Below, piece by piece: positions 28,075 to 40,224 of a stretch of DNA of 64,000 nucleotides; the stretch's first letter is position 1; each line of letters opens with the position of its first letter. The notes below the pieces were generated by a model. It did not search any database. It saw only the letters and a list, made by a program, of their open reading frames with translations, and was not told the origin of the DNA. Source of the DNA: Guillardia theta CCMP2712 (taxonomy: Eukaryota > Protista > Cryptophyta); contig NW_005434640.1 in NCBI RefSeq assembly GCF_000315625.1, positions 132,270-196,269 of the forward strand, given 5' to 3'. A program made the position numbers and the translations under genes.

Positions 28075-28996
28075 TTATCGTGGGGGGGCAGCTGGATAGA
28101 GGGCAGGGAAGGTAAGAGGCTGGATGAGCCCCTCGGCTGCTGCTGATGTTTGAAATCTGAAGGGTGTTTGGGAGGGGAGGCAACCGACTGGGAAGGTGAG
28201 TTCACTGGCGATTTCTATCCTCGTCCTCGTCCTCGTCCTCGTCCTCGACCTTGTCCTCGTCCTCGCCGACCTCTTCCTCGTCCGCCTCCTCCTCGACTAA
28301 CCTCGCCTCCTTTCGTCGTCGTCCTCCTTCTCGTTCTCATCCTCTACAACTTTGCCTTCCTCTCTTCGTCGTTTTCCTCCTCTCTTTCTCCATGTCATGA
28401 TTTCCTGACCCATCGCCTGGAACAGTGCCCTTGAAGATCACGTGATGATAGGAAGCACTCCCGTCCATCCCCTCCTGCTGCATATAGGTACCTGCTCCCG
28501 CTGTCCCTCCTTCTCTTCCTCCTCGTTGAGACCCGTGGCGCGCAGGAATCGCAGGAGCGATGTGGTACATGGTACACGCGCGATCATGATTGTGTGTCGC
28601 AAGTCGGTGCGGCAGTGAAGAGACGCTATACAATCAGAGCACTATCAGCAGAACTCACTCCATTACGACATCTCACAAGAGTCTGTGTTAACGGCACCAG
28701 TGGATGCTAATCTACATCTGTATGTCCTCTGCTGGAAACGCCCTGAGGTACGCCCGTGAGACGGCCTCCGAGACTGTCGCCATGCTCATCAGCCACATGC
28801 GGAAGTCGCTCTCGTCGTCGGTTGCGATCTTGATGACGAACTCGACGATTCCTGCGGCACCAGCAATTGAGGTCGAGCAAGGAGAGCGTGGAAGGCAAAG
28901 TGAGAAGGGCGAGAAGGACCTGGGGAGGGGGGGGGGAGGAAGGGGGAGGAGGAAAGGTGTAGTAGTGGTCGGAGGAAAAGGATACAAGTAGGACGA

Positions 28997-29037
<41 letters not shown>

Positions 29038-32000
29038 AGAGCAAGAGCAGCAGCAGCAGCAGCAGCAGCAGGAGTGGCAGGGTAGACCTTCATTGACGCG
29101 GTATAGGATGATCCCAAAGCTGAAGGGGCCCATGGTCTTGACCTCACAGTCGGTCACTCCCTTGATATCCGCGACTCTCTTCAGAACACCCTCCTGCTTC
29201 TCCTGCTTGCCCAATCAGAATCCAACAACCCTCTCTCCTTCCCGCTATCTTCGCCCCTCCTCCTCCTTCTCCTCTCCCGTGTCCTTCTCTCCCGAAGCTC
29301 GTGCTCATCTTCATCTCACCGAGTTGAAGCAGAGGAAGTTTTCTCTCATCACAAACATTCTCTTCCTCCAGTCATCCACCTTCTCGCCTGCAATAGGAGT
29401 TAGACCAACAATCGTGCTCGTGCTCGTGCTCGTGCTCGTCCTCGTCCTCGTCCTCGTTCCCGACCTCTTCCTCGTTGCCGACCTCGTCCTCGTCCCCCTC
29501 TTCCTCCACCCGTGTTCCCAACCACCCTGTCTCCCCCCTCCCTCCCTTACCCGTCGTTCCAGACTTGAGCATGAAAAGATCAGACTTGACTTCTGTTAGC
29601 CCCTTCTTCTGCAGCAGCTGGAGGAGAGACATCAATTGTTGGTGAGATTCAACAGGCAGACCACAGATCAGGAGGAAGAGAGGAGGGAGAGAGAGCGAGA
29701 GAGGGGGGAGATCAGGAGGTTGGTGGGGCGGCGGAGAGGGAGGAAGGAGGGACAGGGGCGAAACAAGAGCGGGGACGGGAGGAGAGGAGGATTGGGGTAG
29801 GGGGAGAGGAGAGGAGAGGAGAGGAGAAGAGGATTGGGTAGGGGGAGAGGAGAGCAGAGCAGAGCAGAGGAGGGGGGAAAGGGGGGGCAGGATGGCAGAC
29901 CTCTGCGACAGCCTCTTGCATGGTGAAGACTGAGATGTCTTGATGAAGTGTTGTCGCGATCTTATCAATGACCTGAAAGGATGAGAGCTTGTGAGGAAAA
30001 ACTGTGGAGAAGAGCAGGAGGAATGGAAGAAGAAGAATTGCAAGAGTGACTGGAGGGAGGAGCGAAGTTGTGGGAGGAGGAAGAGGAGAAGGGGAAGGAG
30101 GAGGAGAAGGAGGAGGAGGAGGAGGAGAAGGAGAAGGAGGAGGAGGAGGAGGAGGAGGAGGAGCAAGGAACAAGGGAGGATGGAGGAGTCGCAGAGAGGA
30201 GGGAGATGTAGCAGGAGTTTGGGAGAGGAGTAGAGATGGAGGAAAGAGGATAAAGGTCTACCTTGCCCATCTCGATGGGATAATAGGCTGACATGTGATT
30301 GAGGACTTCGTTGGGCTTGACAATTCCACTGCGATGTCACCACGACCGTTACCGACCCATACATGATCCACAATAGACACCACAATCATCATCATCATCG
30401 TCATCGTCGTCGTCGTCGTCGTCATCATCTCCATCATCATCATCATCATCATCATCATAGTCGTCAGCGTCATCGTCATCATGGCAATTCTATCTTCATG
30501 TCTCAAGATATGCTTGCCACCATCACAATGATCATCCGAGTTATCGTGATAGAAATTTTTGCATCATGTTCACCTCAACACAGCTCCACTCAGGTCAATG
30601 TTGGTCTTGTCTTCCTGCCGAATGTTTCGAGCTCTGCAAGCAAGAATTTTAGACCTCCTCCTCTTCCTCCTCTTCCTCCTCGATCTCCTCTTGCCTCTGC
30701 ATTTGTTCCCTCAAATCCTTCTTCTCCCCTCCCTTACCCCTGCCAGCATCCTCCTCCCCCTCCCCCTCCCCCTCCCCCTCCCCCTGCTGCTGCTGCTCCT
30801 CCCCTGCTCCTCCTCCTCCTCCTCCCCGTCCTCGTAGAAGCAACTCGGACCGGGGATGAATAGGAACGAGTCGGTCGTGATCCCTATGAAGCTTCTGCGC
30901 ATGCTTCTTCCCCTAGGTATCGACGGGTCAAGAGAATTCGACTTGCTTTGAAAGCCTCTCGACAACATTTGAAATACTCCCACAAGCATTTGAAGACTTC
31001 CAGATGAATTTCACACCACACACATCAGTTCGCGAGTATCACCACGACTCAAACATACTTGACAGTCACCATGTGATCGTATCACATACATAACAAGTCA
31101 ACTCCCGCACGCCTTGCCCAACATCTTCACACTCAAACAGCATCATGTCACATATCCACATCTTTTCCTCAGACCTGTTTCTCCATCCAAACATCGTAGA
31201 GCGTCTTGACCTTCGGGATCTCAGGAGGGGGAGGAGTAGGAATCCTTTCTTCGATCTGCCATCACAATTGAACACCTACTCCCTCCCTCTCCTCACCGAG
31301 CCCCCCCCCCCCCCTCCCCTCCGGGGAGTCTGAGAGTGACGTGGTCGCATGGATAGCTGAAGAAGATGTCTGCGGGCCAGGAGTAGACAGGATGTGAAGT
31401 CCCAGACGTGTGCTTTGTGTCGTCAGCTTTCCTCCCGGAGGAGCTCCTTTGCGCTTACCTGGCACATCTCTATCATCTGCGATCTTCTCNNNNNNNNNNN
31501 NNNNNNNNNNNNNNNNNNNNNNNNNNNNNNNNNNNNNNNNNNNNNNNNNNNNNNNNNNNNNNNNNNNNNNNNNNNNNNNNNNNNNNNNNAACCACCCTAC
31601 CTCCCCTCCCCTCCTTTTTCTCACCAGAGCCCCCCCCCCCCCCCCCCCTCCTGCCCTTCCTCTCCCTCCATGCGTTCCATCTCCTCCTCCTCCTCCTCTT
31701 CCACCACCACCACCACCTCCTCCTCCTCCTGATCCTCCTCTCACCACTTCGATCTTCTTCAGAGGAGGGTCAGAGAGGTCAATCAATTTCTTCAGCTCAT
31801 CCAAGGCCTCCACCAGCTGCACGAAGCTCGGAAAGATCTCGTTGTTCTCTTTCAGGCGATCGGGACTGAAGTCATAGCAAGCGAATGAGCCACATCCAAC
31901 ATCCTGACAAGCTCTTTGTCCATCCCTTCATCTCTCGTCTGCTTTCTCGCACCACAACCCTTCCTCACCTCTAGTTTACTTCTATCACCTTGTATCCCTT

Positions 32001-35000
32001 TCTCGCTCCTTCCCTATTTTCCGTCCCTCAACCCAACGTCCTGCTCCTCCCCCCTCCCGCCCACATTATCCTCACCATCTTACCCCTTTCCCCCCTCCCC
32101 CTCCCTCCCCTCCCCCCCTCCCACAGCAACACAACCCCTCTCGCTCCTGCACCTCCCCTCCTCTCCCTATCTTACCTCGTCATCCAAGGCGCCCGGTTGA
32201 TAGTGATCCAGTTTCTCACATTCAGCCACACCTCCCTCCCCCTCGCCGCTCCCTCCCCCACGTTCACCACGTGAACCAGGTTCTGGACCGCCACCCCATT
32301 CATGTTGTACACGACCCCCACAGGCAAGAAGTCCTCGTCCTCCCGCGGGAGCTCGGCGCTGCGGTAGAGGAGGTAGCTTCCTTCAACACACCTCTCCACC
32401 AGCTCCTCGATGCTGTGAACCTTCCCGTCCTCCGGATCCTCCCACAGCTCGTCCAAGTTCTCCAGCACGGGGAGAGCAGCACCGTAGATGAGCGGGTCGG
32501 TGTCGTCAGGCTGGCGGGACTGCAGCGCCTTCAGCAGGTGCCCAGCTATTTCCGTCATCGCCAGCGCCTTCTCCTCCTGGGTCCTGTTCTTGCGGAAGTG
32601 CAGGACGTTCTCGGAAGGGAGGAACTCGAGGATCACCTCGAAGTCCACCCCCTTCACCTGCCCGTCCTCCGCCGTCCTCCTCAGCCTTAGGCAGATGATG
32701 TCGCCTTCCTTGCCAACCAGCAGCGCTGCTACTTCCGTGCTCGTTTTCCTCGACACGTCCGTCCAGCTCCACTCGTCTTCCCCCGGCCTCCCTACCCACG
32801 TCAACAGATCCCCTTTCATGATCTTCCCGCTCCTGTACGCTGATCGCCCTGGCAGGCAGTTTGTAACCATCACCCGCCCGTCCTTGGAGGTCCCCAGCAT
32901 GAGCCCAAGGCCAGGCTTCAGGTCTCCCAGGGAGACCCTTGGCTTGCTCATGCTCTCTCCCTCCATGCCCTCCTCCCCTTTCAGGGAAAGTCTCACCATC
33001 TTCCTGCTGAGCCTCCTGTGAGCAGGGGGATCCTCCTGCTGCTCTTGCTCCTGCTCCTGCGTCTGTCCATCCTTCGCTTTCCTCATCGTCTGCTGCTTCC
33101 CGCTGAACAGAGAGCCGATACGGCTCATGGCCTTGGCAGCACGCATCAGGGAACCGGTCTTCTTCACCTTGCGCTCGGCCGGGAGATGCTTCTGCCTGCT
33201 CTTTTTTATTATGTCCTTGAACAGCTCGGTCTTCAGCATGCAGAAGTGGTCGAAGTTGATGTGCTTGTCGAACTCAAGCAAACACTCAAACATTCTCTCC
33301 CTCAGCCTCCGCGAGTAAGCAGCAGGCTGGACGGCGGAGGACGAGGAGTACAGAGAAGCTCCGACGCCCTTGACGTTGTCCGCCAGCGTCCACCTCCTGA
33401 ACGGCCCGACGATCTGCACGCGGAAGGAGTCTTCGTACACGCTCAGCCCTCCGAACTTGTTCCCTAGCCCCGTCTCCATGTTCTGCAGTGCGTGCTTGTC
33501 GAAGGGAGAGCAGTGGTGGGCACCGATGAGGATCGAGTAGTCGTACAGCTGGTGCGAGTCGAGCCAAAGCGTGTCCCGTCGCAGCGTCTCAAGGAGCTCG
33601 GCCCTCTCGGAGGGATGGAGGATGAGGGGAGAGGACTGGAACAGGTCGACAGAGTTTCTCATCTTGTTGAGGAGGGCGTTGTCGTCGAACAGCTTGTCCT
33701 TGTGCTGGTCCACCGCAACCTTCCAGACGTCCTTGATGGCGTCACAATCCTCCCGCGTGCCGAGAGGGAAGACGTAGTGGTGCCCGCAACGATGCTCGAA
33801 GTTGAGCGAGGTATCCGCAACTCCTCGGATGTCATACAAGACATCGATCTTGTCGACGGTGTAGAAGATGTTGGAGGTGAGGAGGAAGTAGAAAGTCTTC
33901 ATCCCCGACCGAGACACGCGGAATAGACCATACCAGTGCGGGAGGATGGTCAGGGCATTGTGATGCACATAGTCCGAGTAGGACTTGGTCAAGCTCAGGA
34001 TGAGCTTGACCGTCTCCTCGTCGATCATCTGGAAGAGGAGGGAGGAGCTGAAGAGCATCGTGGAGAACACGAGTGGACAGCAAGGAGAGCACGAGCAGCA
34101 AGAAAGCAGCGCAGGAGGGGCAGAGTGGGAAGAAACATGGTCAGACACAAACTGAAAGCATACACCTATCAGCTCACCGATTGGAAAAGAAGAAATGTCC
34201 CGACTGAAAGAAAACCTCCGTGTCGTCCAGCGTGCGTGCAAATGATTCATAACCGAGGCCCAGAACCGTTCGGATGCGCGAGAAAGACTTCGGAGCATAG
34301 GATCTCACAAGCTGCAGCCTTCCTATCAGCCCAACCACCCCCCCCCACCTGACCTTACCTGCACTGCTCCTCCTCCAGACTGGCTTCGGACCTGCACGCA
34401 CGTGCCACGTCACGCAGCACCTCGAAGGAAGGAGCATCGTACATTGAACTCGTGGACTTCGCTCAGCTCCTTAACGTCCTTCATCTGCACGATCGTGAGC
34501 GGCGGGGGAAGGGGCGGCAACGGCCCTCGGGCACCTCCGACGTTGTTTCCGCTCGCGCTATCTTGGCGCTCTTCTTGATCCCCTGCACAAGGTTGTGCAG
34601 CGTCATCAGCATCTCCCGGTGCGTATCGTGCTGCAGGATCCTGTACGGTCGCTTCAGAAACTCGCTGTCCAGCACTGCAAAATCACAACGTCAGGAGCTC
34701 AACACGACAGGCCTCATGTCAAACCCTCGTGATACTGGTTGTCGTTCTTCTCAGAAAAAGACTCCCGGTGGTCGCCGATATGATCGCTGGAGAAAAGTGA
34801 TTGAGACCACCAGTTGACAACCAGCAAGGGATAGAGTCCTACCTCTCTGTTCCTTCCTGCATCTGCTCTTCCTCCAGCTCCTGCTGCATCGCTGCAATCC
34901 GGATCTGAAGGGAAACTCGATCGAGTCCTCACAGATGCTCTTTTTGCTCACCGCCCACAGCCTACTCGCCTCGTCTTGCTCGTTGATCTGCAATAGGAAA

Positions 35001-35320
35001 GGATTACTCCTTCCGAACCATACCTTGTCAACAGCAAACCTCGTCCGCGGCCGCTTGCTCCTCCTTTACGTCATCGCCTTCCCAGTTGGGTGTAACCAGC
35101 AACGAGCGCTCGGTCTCCCTCAGACTTGCAGGACAACATCAACACCATGTTGCCGGGTCGGGACAGAGTCACCTGTCCTCCACCTTCCTAGCTGCGATGA
35201 GGTCGTAGTAGCGCTGGGTAGTCCATGGTCACGTCCTAACATGTCTAGAGGGCTATCAACCTCGTCCTCCTCCCACTGGTAGATCTGCTCCGTTTCCAGC
35301 TCCTCGGCGAATTCCAGCAT
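28075..35320 (-). CDS. PIP-kinase-like + PDZ + PH-like multidomain protein (spans the N gap; 3' exons approximate)
   Basis: VRSYAPKSFSRIRTVLGL, TILPHWYGLFRV, NIF..YDIRG, LRRDTLWLDSHQLYDYSILIG (PIP5K fold); GLGLML..VTNCLPGRSAYRSGKIMKGDLL (PDZ); KKGFLLL..SFLFI and VIKIATDDESDFRMWLMSM (PH-like). Confidence 0.75.
31490..31589. other. Assembly gap (100 N)
   Basis: Run of N beside poly-C/microsatellite sequence. Confidence 0.99.
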
Positions 35321-35682
35321 CTTCAATCAACGAGTTGATGTCAATGTGCGACGACAGCGCAAGCTAATCATGCTGCTGCTGGCTGAGCTTCTCCCCACCC
35401 TCCCCCCTTCCTTCTCGACCCTCCTCCTCTCGACTCCTACCCTCTCCTTGGCACGTTCTCCTTCCTCTGCCCCCATGCTTTCCCCTCTCTCCCCTCCTGC
35501 TTCTCTCGTCCCCGACTCTTCCGTAGCCCGACATTCCCAACCACTACTCCCCGACTACCCCTGACATTTTGTTTGTACCCCTTCATTCTAATGGAAATAG
35601 ACCAGTGCTAGTATGTTCTGTTATCACCCCTACCCCCTCTAAAGCCTTCCTCCTCATCATTGGTCCTCCCAAAAATTCTGAA

Positions 35683-35717
<35 letters not shown>

Positions 35718-35763
35718 AACCTGCTCCTGCTCCCGCTCCTGCTCCTGCTCCTGCTCCTGCTCC
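35683..35763. repeat. (CTCCTG)n microsatellite
   Basis: Direct reading; lies between divergent genes. Confidence 0.9.
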
Positions 35764-35886
35764 TCTTGCCACAACCTCAACACTCGATCCTCCTCCTCTT
35801 CTATCCGTCTGGTTCCCTTCCTACTGCTTCTCCTCACCTTCACGCGGAATGCAGTACGGATTGCAGTATCGAGTCTGAGTGTGAGA

Positions 35887-36973
35887 ATGTGCAGCTACCG
35901 ACCAGCTACCCTCCTGCTCTGCTGCTTGATCGCGGCATCTTTGCTAGCATGTGGCGCCCTCCCGCTCTTTGGATCACGACCGAAAGAGGCAGAGGATCCA
36001 GGCTCTCGCACAGAGGAGCCCCATGGGGAGGCCATGGGGGGGTTTGACGCTGGTCAGGACGAGTATCACTACGAGGACCACTATCCTATGGAAGACTACG
36101 ACTATGATTACACTGGCATGAGAGACTTCCACGACTTCGAGCATTTCAACCGTGAGAATGGCTCTGAGCACCACGGCGACCCCAGTCTGATCAACGATAT
36201 GCTGTGGGATCATTACCACCTCAACGACCCGACGTTGGGAGCTGCTGAGGAGTGGGAGAACTTCCGGTGAGTAGCCTCTTCGGTGCATGTGAAGTTGGAG
36301 CGGCAAAGCACGTTGCGATGTCGACATGCTCGCTGATCTAGCTTGTTGGCAGTCACTTCGACACAGACGACAATGGTAAAGTGTCCGAGCACGAGTTTCT
36401 TCAACGCATGGAGCCGGACTACAACTCGACAAAGTTCTCTGAAGACGAGATGATGAAGGACGTGGTGAATCGATGGAGGGCTGAATTCACCGACAACGAC
36501 CTGAACCACGATGGTGGCTGAGGACGGATAGGAAGGTTGCAAGGGTTTCTTACTGCATTGAGTGCTCAGGTTATCTCGATTGGGAGGAATGGAAAAAGAT
36601 GCTGTTCCATGACATCCCGTGCGTTGTTGCGCCTGCTTCTTCCCTCCCTCATGACCGCGTACAGACAAGAGGCGGACTGGGTGGACGGCAGGAGGCAAGG
36701 CTCGGTGGCAGAGTCGCTGGAAAACATCCTCCTCCTCAGCTTTGACGAGGGAGACGTCAACAACGACGGGGTGAGCCTTAGAGTCCCTCGATGCCTCCTG
36801 TCGTGACGCTAACATTAGGAGCTGACTGAGAAGGAGCTGGTCAATGTGCTGAAAGAAGCTCACCGCCGCCATGTCGGAGGCCTTCAGCTGCGGAGGATAG
36901 TTCTGACTTGGCATGCAGGAGCAGCTCTTGACGGAGGAGGGAGGGGGTCAGGAGCACAGGCTTCCAACAGTGA
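35887..36973 (+). CDS. Secreted/ER-lumen EF-hand Ca-binding protein (CREC-like)
   Basis: Signal peptide (ATLLLCCLIAASLLACGA), His/Asp-rich segment, EF loops DTDDNGKVSEHE, DLNHDG.., DVNNDG|ELTEKE; last exon EQLLTEEEGVRSTGFQQ*. Confidence 0.75.
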
Positions 36974-37097
36974 AGGTAGGATGATCACCTTCGATGCTTC
37001 TCGATCCTCACCAACTTGGTGAAAATAGGCTGACGATTTCGAGCAACTGTCGAAGACGGTCTGCCAGAGCCTTCGTCTTCCTCCCACCTCCCTCTGG

Positions 37098-37149
37098 CTC
37101 TGTCTCTGTCTCTGTCTCTGTCTCTGTCTCTGTCTCTGTCTCTGTCTCT
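37098..37149. repeat. (TCTCTG)n microsatellite
   Basis: Direct reading. Confidence 0.9.
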
Positions 37150-37449
37150 TCTGCCCCCCCCCCCCGCCCTCCTCTCCTCACCCCTTCCCCCCCCCACCAA
37201 CACACACACATGATCCTTCTATCTCTCACTTTCTCCTACTCTAGTTTTCTCTTCCTTCTTCAGTTCGTTATCTTAGCTCATGAAAGCTTCAGGTCCTCGC
37301 AGATCTCGACAAGGACGGCTCAAAGTCACTCAACGCCTACGAGTGGCTCGAGTATGGCAGAGACTCGATGAAGGCAGAGAGGACTTGACATGCTTTGCCT
37401 ATCATGGTTTACTTGAATCAAATATTTAAAAAAACACATGCAAACTGAT

Positions 37450-39321
37450 CTATTGCAGCATCTCCTTGAGATCCTTCTCAGCATCCCCAGTCAGCTTCAA
37501 GTTGTAGTTGTCAACGAGAGCCTTGACGAGGTTGGGAGTGAGGAAGGCAGGAAGGTTGGGGCCGAGGTAGATGTTCTTCATGTTAAGATGGAGCATGGAG
37601 AGAAGCACGGCGACGGCTTTCTGCTCCAACCAGGAGATCGCAAAGTGCAGAGGCAGGTCGCTCATCTTGACGTTCAACTTGTCGGCAAGTCCGTTGGCGA
37701 TGACAACAGCGGAATAAGCGTCATTGCACTGCCCGATGTCGAGGAGGCGAGGGATTCCAGACTCTCCAAGATTTCCCAGCTCCTGATCGTTGAAGCGGAA
37801 CTTGCCGCATCCGAGAGTGAGGATGACAGAGGAGTCGGGGGACTGCTTGACAAGGTCCGTGAAGTAGGACCTTCCAGCCTCCCTGCCGTCGCATCCTCCG
37901 ACGAGGAACACATCCTTGAGCTGACCGCCCTTGATGGCTCCGAGCAGCGTGTCCGTGACTCCCTCGACCGTCTCGTACCCGAAGCCAACCGTCACCTTCT
38001 CAGCCGGGTGGGTTGAGACCTCGTCTCCCGTGGCCGGCTTTGCCTTGTTCACAGCGCAGTCGACGAGCTGAGAAAAGTCGTGTCCCTGCACGTGGGGGAT
38101 GCCATCCCAGCCGACAGGTCCAGCAGTGAAGATACGATCTCTGTAGGAGCGAGTGGGTGCCGTCAGGCAGTTGGACGTCATTAGGATGGCTCCAGGGAAG
38201 GCCTTGAAGTCTCCGTGCTGCTCCCACCAGGCTCCTCCCCAGTTTCCAGCGAGGTGCTTGTGCTTCCTCAGCTCAGGGTAGGAGTGGGCGGGGAGCATCT
38301 CTCCGTGGGTGTAGATGTTCACTCCCTTTCCTTCCGTCTGCTCCAAGAGGATCTTGAGATCCGCCAAGTCGTGACCCGAGACGAGGATGCAGGGGCCGGG
38401 CTTGAGCTTGCAGGAGACCTCGTGGGGGCTGGGAATTCCAAGAAGAGCTCTGTGAGAATCCGAGAGCATCTTCATCACGCTGACATTCAGGGCTCCGACC
38501 TCCAACGAGAGCGCAAGAAGGTCGTGCTTGGTAGGCTCCAGCATGGCAGCCATGATCTTGAGCAGCCCATCGATCACTTGGTTGGCCTCTTGGTCAGGGT
38601 ATGCATCAGGCGCCTGCTTCTTGACGGCCTCGGCATGGAACATGTAAGCGCAGGCTCCCTTGATTCCATAGGTGGCCAGCTCAATGAGACCGAAAGCGTC
38701 GGGGTCCAAGTTCTTCTGACGAGCGGCGTGCGAGTAGGTCTCCGCGACCTCGAGCCAGTGGTCGGGCTCGGACGCGAAGTCGTTGACGGACTTGCTCTCT
38801 CCCTTGGCAGCTGCAAGAAGGACCTGACCCTTGCGAATATAGTCCACCATCCTGCTGTCATCGAAGTTGACGTTGGTGAGCGTAGAGAACATGCTCTCAA
38901 GGAAGAAAGCGCGCATCTCCGGCGTCAATTTCCCGGCATTGGCCAACTGACCGATCTCCTTGTTGATCTCCACGATAAGGTCCTGCAACGCTGAAGTTCC
39001 CATTTGCTTGCCGCAAACTCCTGAGTTTGAAAAGCATCCCTTTCCATGCGCCGTCTGCGAGCACTGATAGCAAGCCATGTTCTCGGGGTAGTGCTCTGAC
39101 TGCAGCGTCTGCTGGTTCGCGATGGCCATGCTTCGTTGCCCCGAGCACATCTTGAGCCCTTTCAACGAGGATTTGGAGCAAGCAGCCATTGTTGGTGGCT
39201 GCAGCTTTGACATCGGGGCCAAAGAGCTTGTCGTTGACAAGTGCATAGGGTGCATGACCTTGGAGGTGGCGGCGAAGGCCATCGCGAGAGGACGCCGGAG
39301 CTTGCTACTGTATGACATCAT
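37450..39321 (-). CDS. hcp: Hybrid-cluster protein (prismane / hydroxylamine-NO reductase), intronless, with an ~80-aa organellar presequence
   Basis: CYQCSQTAHGKGCFSNSGVCGK, FSTLTNVNFD, YGIKG, SGHDL, YTHGEMLPAH, MTSNC, GGCDG, GCGK, GQCND, WLEQKA, GP.LPAF: all cluster ligands present. Confidence 0.97.
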   Translation of the reverse strand: MMSYSSKLRRPLAMAFAATSKVMHPMHLSTTSSLAPMSKLQPPTMAACSKSSLKGLKMCSGQRSMAIANQQTLQSEHYPENMACYQCSQTAHGKGCFSNSGVCGKQMGTSALQDLIVEINKEIGQLANAGKLTPEMRAFFLESMFSTLTNVNFDDSRMVDYIRKGQVLLAAAKGESKSVNDFASEPDHWLEVAETYSHAARQKNLDPDAFGLIELATYGIKGACAYMFHAEAVKKQAPDAYPDQEANQVIDGLLKIMAAMLEPTKHDLLALSLEVGALNVSVMKMLSDSHRALLGIPSPHEVSCKLKPGPCILVSGHDLADLKILLEQTEGKGVNIYTHGEMLPAHSYPELRKHKHLAGNWGGAWWEQHGDFKAFPGAILMTSNCLTAPTRSYRDRIFTAGPVGWDGIPHVQGHDFSQLVDCAVNKAKPATGDEVSTHPAEKVTVGFGYETVEGVTDTLLGAIKGGQLKDVFLVGGCDGREAGRSYFTDLVKQSPDSSVILTLGCGKFRFNDQELGNLGESGIPRLLDIGQCNDAYSAVVIANGLADKLNVKMSDLPLHFAISWLEQKAVAVLLSMLHLNMKNIYLGPNLPAFLTPNLVKALVDNYNLKLTGDAEKDLKEMLQ

Positions 39322-40224
39322 CTTTTCGGTGCAAGGAACAAGAAAAAGGTGGTGATTGAGGATTCGAACACTAGCAAGCAGGAGAGAGGCAAGAACAGCA
39401 CAGGAAGAAGTGAGGGCGGCGGGAGGAGGCGGTTGCTGCGACGGGGAAGGGAGAGGGAAGCGTCTGGTTGTCGGGGGGAGTTAGGGTCTTAATAAGAGGA
39501 ATCAGAAGCCGAAAAAGCTCGATTTCATTAATACGCTGACTTACGTTTCAGCCCCCAAAATAGCTATTAACACATATAACACCTATGTAAAGGGGTATAG
39601 CAGCAAAAGGGTGGGTACTTAAACGGATAGATACCGGTAATCATTTACAGTCAAACGTTGATGATTGTTAGACTATTTGCAAATATAGAGGTTAATGAGC
39701 TGGACGTCAGCAAGTAAAAAGTTCATCGTTTGGAATCCAAGGATATTACGACCACTCCCTCTGAAGGGTTTAAATTGAGCTATTTCTGAAACTATATGCA
39801 AAGATTCGAATAATCTGTTGTGAAAACAGCTTAATTTGGTACATTCTGTCGAAAAAGGGAACCCCCCTGTGGTATTGGCTTCCTCGAAGGCCACGACTTG
39901 GAAATTAAGGTTTTCGCGCCCCTTGCATTGTGAACCACACAAAAACTATTTTGACCAGCTCAAATCGAATCGCTTCAGCAAGAATCATGTGTGAATCTCT
40001 GTTACTTGACTGCCGCTTCCTGTAGCCGACGCGATTTCGGCTGTCAGCCTGACAAACGTAGGGGGCGTAAAGTCGAGTACCCGTGAAACCACCAGATATG
40101 ACAGGCTGGGTGGTCGCTCGGAGGATCTAACCCGCCTCAGATCGAATGCAAAAATTGACTATAGGGGTTTATACAGAAACATTTCACTACATGCGTTTAG
40201 CGCCTAGTAGTTGCCAGGTGCAGG

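Noticed and set aside
29372-30989. Long low-complexity ORFs
   Set aside because: Microsatellite-filled introns containing only small exons.
38215-38994. Long plus-strand ORFs (also 7531-8229, 45287-46495, 50997-52022)
   Set aside because: Antisense shadows of real genes caused by codon bias.
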